From IMG/VR virus record IMGVR_UViG_3300025723_000083, positions 1-39,613 of that record: a stretch of 39,613 bases of DNA. The stretch is one strand, 5' to 3'. The stretch comes from a virus. Its lineage: Duplodnaviria; Caudoviricetes. The notes under the pieces are model-generated. The model was not told the DNA's origin. It saw nothing but the letters and a program-made list of their open reading frames with translations, and made no database searches. Position numbers and translations under genes: made by a program. Positions 34,131 to 39,613 of this stretch are shown here, piece by piece (within the stretch, counting starts at the first letter, position 1; each line of letters starts with the position of its first letter).

Positions 34131-34631
34131 TTAGGCGAACATCGAGAACAAGGGCTGAAGCACCTTGCGGAAGAGGCTGAACCTACGGGTAGGTGCAGGT
34201 GTGTTGAGCTGTTCGAGACGCTCGGCTCTCTTACGAGCATTGTATGCCCGGTTATACTCACGCTTCTTGAGCCTCGCCTTGTAGCGTTTGTAATACTCAC
34301 GGGAGTACTCACGCTTCTTGCCTCTCTCTTTGCGAGCCAAGTAATTCTCACGGCACTTGGCCAGGTGCCTCTCTTTGTTACGAGCGTAGTAATCAGCGGA
34401 GTATTTACGCTGCTTGGCTTTGCGTTCTTCTTCAGTCATCGGGGGCTTTCTTGACGCTTTCATCGTGTTTTTTGGTTTAGTTTGGGTGGGTATGGTTGGG
34501 GTTGTAGGTAGCATTGGCTGAACGAGTTGGTGATTTGGTGGTAGGGACTCCATGTACTTGATGGCGTTGAGGCGGATGGCCTCCAGCCGATCCAAGGTCT
34601 CCGTGGGAATGGGAACAAGTTGGGTCTGCAT
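34131..34631 (-). CDS. basic protein with REY/Y-rich helical repeats
   Basis: KQRKYSADYY…KKREYSREYY…KKREYNRAY; start may be 34463. Confidence 0.55.
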   Translation of the reverse strand: MQTQLVPIPTETLDRLEAIRLNAIKYMESLPPNHQLVQPMLPTTPTIPTQTKPKNTMKASRKPPMTEEERKAKQRKYSADYYARNKERHLAKCRENYLARKERGKKREYSREYYKRYKARLKKREYNRAYNARKRAERLEQLNTPAPTRRFSLFRKVLQPLFSMFA

Positions 34632-34647
34632 GATAGGCGTGTAATTT

Positions 34648-35142
34648 TTACTCCTCGGTTTGCAGAAGATCTCCGAAGTATTCTCGGATCGCTTCGGGTG
34701 CGGCATCGACATCGCCATAGCACTCATCCTCATGAGTGCCGTCAGGGTTGGCAGTCAGCTTGCCAATGAATCCGCCACCCTCGTCTAGGTAGTAAAGAAC
34801 CAGTGTTGCCTTTACCAGTGTTGCAAGCTTCACGATGCAGGGGATCGGTGGAGCCCATGCAGTATAAAACTTGAATTGATCGGTAGGATTTTCTGGGTCT
34901 AGGTCAGGATCGTAGGTGTTCCACTTGGTGCCCCAGTTCTCAACACGCCAGTCATACCAGTTGGGTTTATCCCGTGGTGATTCCGTGCCTTCCAGTTCGG
35001 GAGGCATCGGGATAATCTTGTTGAGATCGAGCGTCCACTGACGCCCAGAATCGCTATTGTTGGAGCCCATGTAAGGCTCAATGAGTTTGATCACATCGTC
35101 GTGACCTGGAGCTTCTAGGATGTTGGTTGTATGGTTAGGCAT
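34648..35142 (-). CDS. DUF1281/YubB ferredoxin-like protein
   Basis: MPNH…IIPMP…NWYDWRVENWGTKWN…FYTAWAPP…DEGGGFIG. Confidence 0.75.
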   Translation of the reverse strand: MPNHTTNILEAPGHDDVIKLIEPYMGSNNSDSGRQWTLDLNKIIPMPPELEGTESPRDKPNWYDWRVENWGTKWNTYDPDLDPENPTDQFKFYTAWAPPIPCIVKLATLVKATLVLYYLDEGGGFIGKLTANPDGTHEDECYGDVDAAPEAIREYFGDLLQTEE

Positions 35143-35404
35143 GGTTGGGTTGGGTTTGGTTTGGTTGAACTTGTTGCACATTATCCCGACGCTCTTTGCG
35201 AAGTTGCTCGGTCATATGATCACGACACACTTCAAGGAGCAGATCGGCATCGGTGAAAGCATCCAAGCAGTCCCGATTTAGGCAGGTTCGGATCGCTTCC
35301 TTGAGCCAGAACGAGGTGGTCGGACTATTGAGAAGCTGTTGAGCAGTCGGTCGATTGGCCGCTTCGTAGTAAGTGTTGCGGTGCTCGTCGTTGATAAAGA
35401 CCAT
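35135..35404 (-). CDS. conserved hypothetical phage protein
   Basis: SFWLKEAI…RDCLDAFTDADLL motif. Confidence 0.6.
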   Translation of the reverse strand: MVFINDEHRNTYYEAANRPTAQQLLNSPTTSFWLKEAIRTCLNRDCLDAFTDADLLLEVCRDHMTEQLRKERRDNVQQVQPNQTQPNHA

Positions 35405-35439
35405 AGGATTAGTTGTTTAAGAGTTACGAATGGTTCGGC

Positions 35440-35550
35440 TCATAATTTTGGTAATTGATCCCAAGGGATCTCGCAGGCAGGGCAGAACGGAGCGTATAGA
35501 CCGCAGCGTTCACCGAACTCTTCGGTCAGCTTCTCTAGTTGTGTGGACAT
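35440..35550 (-). CDS. small Cys-containing protein (36 aa)
   Basis: Manual translation MSTQLEKLTEEFGERCGLYAPFCPACEIPW…; CCTTAAATAAACCCGATG leader. Confidence 0.45.
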   Translation of the reverse strand: MSTQLEKLTEEFGERCGLYAPFCPACEIPWDQLPKL

Positions 35551-35575
35551 CGGGTTTATTTAAGGTGGTGGTTGA

Positions 35576-35740
35576 TTAAACCAAGGGGTGAAAGTAAATC
35601 GCTAGGAAGAAACCAACCAGCGAGGTGATGATGAAGAAGAGCAGACCGCACAGGAACCAGAGCGTCTGGATCTCAAGCTGCTCTCTCTTTATCTTACGGC
35701 GTGTCGGTTCAAGCAACCGATCAAGTTGTTGTGTGGTCAT
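35576..35740 (-). CDS. small membrane protein
   Basis: C-terminal TM helix; ATGA coupling at 35740. Confidence 0.5.
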   Translation of the reverse strand: MTTQQLDRLLEPTRRKIKREQLEIQTLWFLCGLLFFIITSLVGFFLAIYFHPLV

Positions 35741-36240
35741 TTGGAGGTGTTGAAAAGGTTGATCCATTTGCTGACAAAGGATTTGGGTTTTCTTGGGGGC
35801 AGGCTTTTAAGAAGGCGTTTGACTTCCCCTATTTCAATGCGTTCCATATCCAACTGCTTAAAGACAATGGAATGGTTAAACTTGGAGGCTATTTCACTGA
35901 CTGCTTCACCACCCGCTTTCTTCAAAAGGTTCAATAAATTTCCGATAGCGTTTTCTCGTTTTTGGAACAAGCGATGGATTGCCCGGTGAAACTCCGAGTA
36001 GCTTGTGAGTTTCAAAAACCCACAGCCCCGATACGACATGATGGTATATTCATCGTGCAGTTCGCAGATCTCTTGGTCGATGGATCGGATAAGCCGAGAG
36101 AATTTGTTTGGGACAGACTCCAAGGACGACCGACGCCCCCTGCAAGAATGAAGTAAAAGAGTTGTCTGGACGAAGTTGTCTCCGAGATATTCGAGATCCG
36201 CCTGAGTGACAACCAATGAAGGTTTCTTAAAGGAATTCAT
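35737..36240 (-). CDS. hypothetical protein
   Basis: 167-aa ORF with CCTTAAACAAAAACTATG leader. Confidence 0.6.
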   Translation of the reverse strand: MNSFKKPSLVVTQADLEYLGDNFVQTTLLLHSCRGRRSSLESVPNKFSRLIRSIDQEICELHDEYTIMSYRGCGFLKLTSYSEFHRAIHRLFQKRENAIGNLLNLLKKAGGEAVSEIASKFNHSIVFKQLDMERIEIGEVKRLLKSLPPRKPKSFVSKWINLFNTSK

Positions 36241-36296
36241 AGTTTTTGTTTAAGGTGTCCAACTTGTTGCATGGTTGATGCAACCACTGCAAGTTT

Positions 36297-36596
36297 TTAT
36301 TTTGTTAAATTTTTACCTTTACGCTTTCTCTGCTCAAGCGTGGTGAAACGGCTTGGGCCGCCGTAGAACCCAACAAGCAATTCGAGGCTAGGAAACTCCT
36401 CGCCCCAGAGCTCGTTGCCTCCGTAGTAGCCGTAGCACAGGCACCAATTCTCACGACCCTGCATACCCCCATGGCGATATTGGCCATTTCGGATGTGGGG
36501 ACGAGGTGGCCTTAAACTTTGTAGAGGCCGGGTGCTATACTTCTTATACACTTTAACGCCCAGCCGAATGCAGGCATCGATCTGTTCAAAGGTCAT
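36297..36596 (-). CDS. hypothetical protein
   Basis: ORF coupled to the upstream stop. Confidence 0.5.
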   Translation of the reverse strand: MTFEQIDACIRLGVKVYKKYSTRPLQSLRPPRPHIRNGQYRHGGMQGRENWCLCYGYYGGNELWGEEFPSLELLVGFYGGPSRFTTLEQRKRKGKNLTK

Positions 36597-36841
36597 ACAC
36601 TGAAGCACCGGGCAAGGATCGGTTTGCTACTGGAAGGCATGAGCAACCGCTTCTTGTAGCCGTTGCCCACATTCAAGCTCTTGTAGTAAAGCAAGGCTTG
36701 GGGAAGGTTGCCCTTGAATCCCCACTTGGTTCGGTAAGAGCCTCGCCCTTTACCTAACTGAACCAAGAAGTCGGTCTCACTTGAAAAACCGATCAGCTTG
36801 CCGTCAAGGATTGCCGTGTGGAGTGTTACTTTTTCATTCAT
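36593..36841 (-). CDS. hypothetical protein
   Basis: 82-aa ORF with ATGA coupling. Confidence 0.6.
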   Translation of the reverse strand: MNEKVTLHTAILDGKLIGFSSETDFLVQLGKGRGSYRTKWGFKGNLPQALLYYKSLNVGNGYKKRLLMPSSSKPILARCFSV

Positions 36842-37191
36842 GCAGGTACCAGGTTGAGGTTGCGGTGGACTCGGATCTCGCCCTTGTCGGGCATCGGCAC
36901 TGGGAAACCCGCACGCCAGTAGTAGGCTTTGCCGCCCATCACCGACACCGAGATCCCATACTTCTCACCGATTGCACGGAGGCGATCCCTCGTGGTCGGG
37001 GTGTTGTGACCGCACAGATCGAAGTAGAGATCGCCAGTCTCGTGATCCAGCCGTGCTATCGTGTTGCCGTGCAACACTGCTCTCGTGCTAAAGAAGTCAC
37101 TGACAACCTTCGTGTTGGTCGGCTTGTGGAAGTTAATCCCCGACCTATGATGGAAGATAGTAGCAACTACCGAGCTAATGTTTCTACTCAT
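36838..37191 (-). CDS. conserved hypothetical phage protein
   Basis: LHGNTIA…G-NTPTTRDRL motif. Confidence 0.65.
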   Translation of the reverse strand: MSRNISSVVATIFHHRSGINFHKPTNTKVVSDFFSTRAVLHGNTIARLDHETGDLYFDLCGHNTPTTRDRLRAIGEKYGISVSVMGGKAYYWRAGFPVPMPDKGEIRVHRNLNLVPA

Positions 37192-37292
37192 TGGTTGGTG
37201 AGGTGGGTGTAGAGTTGGTGGAAGGTGTTCAAGGCACAATTCAGTGCCAAGGCGATGAGCAAGATCTCAAGAGCTTCGAGGAACTTGTTCAT
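37188..37292 (-). CDS. small hydrophobic peptide (34 aa)
   Basis: MNKFLEALEILLIALALNCALN…; ATGA-coupled at both ends. Confidence 0.45.
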   Translation of the reverse strand: MNKFLEALEILLIALALNCALNTFHQLYTHLTNQ

Positions 37293-37468
37293 CGGTTAAT
37301 GAAAAGGAAGTCAGTGTTGCAGTGTGCCAGTGCCGCATCGGCCAGCTCCACTTGGCGAACTAGGGACTCGATGGTCTCCGCTTGTTCAGTCTCAACCTGA
37401 GCATTTGCTTTCTGACCGGGCACCCAGTGGATGAACTCAGTCTCTACAGGATCAATGTATGATGGCAT
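37289..37468 (-). CDS. hypothetical protein
   Basis: Start MPSYID after an A/C-rich leader. Confidence 0.5.
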   Translation of the reverse strand: MPSYIDPVETEFIHWVPGQKANAQVETEQAETIESLVRQVELADAALAHCNTDFLFINR

Positions 37469-37570
37469 GGTGTTGGTGGGTTGGGTTGTTGTGGTTACTA
37501 ACAGACTGACAGAAAGAAAGAGGTGTCCTGCTAGACTCCCCGTGCACAAAAATGGCTTGGTTTAATCAAC

Positions 37571-37777
37571 CTAGCGGTCGTTCAAAGAATGCTCAAAGTA
37601 AAACTCGGCGAAGTCCTCAACGAATTGGATGGAGCCCGAGAACGAATCGACCGGGATTGCATACCTGGCAGGTTGGTCTGGTCGTTCTTGCCGAACATAC
37701 TTGGAGGGTGCCGTCGGTGCCGTTGAACGATCAACCTTGTTGCGTTCAAAGTGGAGGTAATTGTTTCTTCTCTTCAT
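37571..37777 (-). CDS. hypothetical protein
   Basis: Start MKRRNN after a CAACCCATAAG leader. Confidence 0.5.
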   Translation of the reverse strand: MKRRNNYLHFERNKVDRSTAPTAPSKYVRQERPDQPARYAIPVDSFSGSIQFVEDFAEFYFEHSLNDR

Positions 37778-38031
37778 CTTATGGGTTGGTTGTTGGGTTA
37801 TTGACTGAACAGACAAAAATAGATCCAAGCGTAGAAGCACAACACCCACACCACACCGAACACCTTAAACCACATGGGTTCGGGTTCCTGTAATACCGAC
37901 CGCATCCCATTCCAGTAATAACGGCGTGGGCTCTCTTTAGGGTATGGTTGTCGCATGATGATGATAGGTTTGTTTAATTTAATGGTTGATTAAATTGAGC
38001 TGAACTGATACACGGAGGCACTAAATTAAAT

Positions 38032-38715
38032 ATGCCTCCTCCACTAAATGTCCCTTGGGATAAGATACAGACCGCAGTTGAAAATGGGACTCCACTCGTC
38101 GAGGTAGCCCGGTTGTTTGGTATCAATGTGGCCGCTGTTCGTCAGCGTAGCGTCAGAGGAAAATGGTTAACACCGACGAGACAGGCAAATCTACTTAAAG
38201 CCGCAACAAGTCAGCAGTGTGCCAGTGTTGCAGTGAATGAGTCTCTTTCGGAGCAGATTAAAGAGAGCAAAGCCCTCGAAAACCTAGCGAAGACAACGAC
38301 AAGGACTTCGGATCTCGAAGAATTGTCAAAAGAGTATCGGGTAAAGGCTGCACACAAGCTCTTTCGCTTGATCGAGTCTACAATTATCACCCCTCCGAAG
38401 AACTGGAAGGACTTTGACATTGCCGACAAGATGATGCGTCGAACCTTGGGACTGGATGATGGCACGACAAAGAACAATACCATCGTGAGCCTTCAACTTG
38501 TAAATGATCGCCTAGCAGTCACCGCCCAAAATGACATTTTGGAGGGGGAATTTGTGGAGGATTCGTGTAGAGAATCCGGGCGTCAGAGTACAGGGGTAGG
38601 TTGTATACCTTCCACTACTACGGACGACCCAACTTTTGACGAGCTTCTGCAATCAGGCGGAGACGATTCTGCTCTACCCAGGCTGGACGAGCCAGCTCTG
38701 CTTCCACAATCCTAG
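38032..38715 (+). CDS. HTH protein, terminase small subunit-like
   Basis: PWDKIQ…GTPLVEVARLFGINVAAVRQRSVRGKW N-terminal HTH, helical core and disordered tail. Confidence 0.6.
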   Translation: MPPPLNVPWDKIQTAVENGTPLVEVARLFGINVAAVRQRSVRGKWLTPTRQANLLKAATSQQCASVAVNESLSEQIKESKALENLAKTTTRTSDLEELSKEYRVKAAHKLFRLIESTIITPPKNWKDFDIADKMMRRTLGLDDGTTKNNTIVSLQLVNDRLAVTAQNDILEGEFVEDSCRESGRQSTGVGCIPSTTTDDPTFDELLQSGGDDSALPRLDEPALLPQS

Positions 38716-38887
38716 CCTGCATGGCGAGCCTCACTTCCTTAGGTGAAGGCAAAGGCTTGTATTTTGGCAACTTAGGCATACGAAGGGGCTTCCTATAATC
38801 CCAGTCAAAGTCAAAGTAAGAGTCTTTCTTGTGGACTTGGCAGTCCCGAAGCCCCGAGAAGTTAGATTGAATGCAGTGTTTTTTCAT
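38618..38887 (-). CDS. hypothetical protein
   Basis: ORF from MKKHC; 3' end overlaps the convergent HTH gene. Confidence 0.4.
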   Translation of the reverse strand: MKKHCIQSNFSGLRDCQVHKKDSYFDFDWDYRKPLRMPKLPKYKPLPSPKEVRLAMQARIVEAELARPAWVEQNRLRLIAEARQKLGRP

Positions 38888-38970
38888 GGTTTTTTTGTAG
38901 GTGTTAAACTGACTGCAACCCCTACCCCATAAGAGGTAGAGGCTGAGTGTCAATCTGACAGAGTTAGGAC

Positions 38971-39402
38971 TTACTTGAGATACTCAAGAGCCTGTTCGAG
39001 AGAGCAACCGATTTTGTCTGCAAGGTTCTTGGCCGCAGTGTTGAGAACCTCCTCGGAGGAAGTGGTTTTCTTGACTGGCTCATCCTTGAGCTTCTCGAAC
39101 CGAAGGCAACCCGTGTTTTTGAGTTCCTGAGCTTGGACTGGAATGAATCCCTTGTGACGCATTCCCTCCATGAACACTTGAGTCTCAGCCCATGCCAAGC
39201 TCATCGAGCCTTTGCGAATCTCACGAATGGCAGAAGAGAGCTTGTTTCCCTTCAGCCCAGCATCCTTGAGCCTACTCTTGAGTTCAAGAGGGGTCTCAGC
39301 ACAAGCAAAGAGATATTGCGATCCCCGAACCTTGCCAGTAGTCGTCGAAACGATATCACGAATAGCGGTAGGCTGAGCCATGTTTGCGAGTGTATTTTCC
39401 AT
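38971..39402 (-). CDS. hypothetical protein
   Basis: ORF from MENTL with an A-rich leader. Confidence 0.6.
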   Translation of the reverse strand: MENTLANMAQPTAIRDIVSTTTGKVRGSQYLFACAETPLELKSRLKDAGLKGNKLSSAIREIRKGSMSLAWAETQVFMEGMRHKGFIPVQAQELKNTGCLRFEKLKDEPVKKTTSSEEVLNTAAKNLADKIGCSLEQALEYLK

Positions 39403-39496
39403 AGTTTTCTTATCTATTTTGTGTGCCAGCCCTCTTTCAGATTTCCCATTAAACATCATAGTTGCCTAGTGTTAGATTGAGAGCTGGCTACAAAAC

Positions 39497-39588
39497 AGAA
39501 GTGGGGATCTTTTCGCTGAACGACGGACGCATGGCGTAGTCTTTTTGTGTTCAGCTTGCATGGCAAGCAAACGAAAAGATCCCCTTCT
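39497..39588. other. branched (three-way junction) inverted-repeat structure
   Basis: 13-bp perfect outer stem (39503-39515 / 39572-39584) enclosing two hairpins that both have GC-ATG-GC tips. Confidence 0.6.
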
Positions 39589-39613
39589 GGTAATAATCAC
39601 GACGACTTTCTTT

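Noticed and set aside
25627-37571. Palindromes as integron attC sites
   Set aside because: They are only 13 bp, with no extended attC hairpin and no integrase in the window, so they are kept only as operator-like or boundary motifs.
39503-39584. Hammerhead ribozyme (CTGAACGA…CGAAA)
   Set aside because: The core does not match CUGANGA, and those bases are taken up in stems incompatible with hammerhead topology.
1-39613. Genome-wide TAG or TGA recoding
   Set aside because: Coding density is high under the standard code, and TAG/TGA end many genes right at the next start (129, 3068, 20947, ATGA overlaps).
1-39613. CRISPR array, tRNA/rRNA, reverse transcriptase/DGR, integrase or transposase
   Set aside because: I saw no regularly spaced repeats, cloverleaf structures or diagnostic protein motifs by eye; tRNAscan and Infernal were not run.

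Overview
This window looks like part of a tailed dsDNA bacteriophage genome with a podovirus-like layout. There is no capsid, portal, large terminase, polymerase or integrase gene in the window. The plus-strand arm (1-21.3 kb) holds a lysis cluster (holin-like genes, a GT2-like glycosyltransferase, spanin-like genes, a GH108 endolysin), tail/adaptor proteins and ejection-type proteins. It ends in a 2966-aa polyvalent protein with HExxH peptidase and kinase-like domains. The mostly minus-strand arm (21.3-39.6 kb) holds many small early/accessory genes, HNH nucleases, a C5 DNA methyltransferase locus, a MoxR-AAA/vWA-metallopeptidase module and a lone terminase-small-subunit-like HTH gene. The main unusual signals are: (1) the 1.6-kb methyltransferase locus is fully dual-coded from overlapping ATGTG starts, with catalytic motifs I-VIII and X in one frame and seven tandem WxTP modules plus motif IX in the other; (2) a sigma70-like promoter and a possibly leaderless overprinted ORF are nested inside the giant virion gene just before the kinase domain; (3) a 13-bp GGT-N7-ACC palindrome occurs at 12 or more intergenic sites, several inside promoters; (4) there is a promoter-to-terminator ~100-nt structured sRNA; (5) there is a histone-fold-like small protein. 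All product calls come from motif recognition by eye; no database searches were run.
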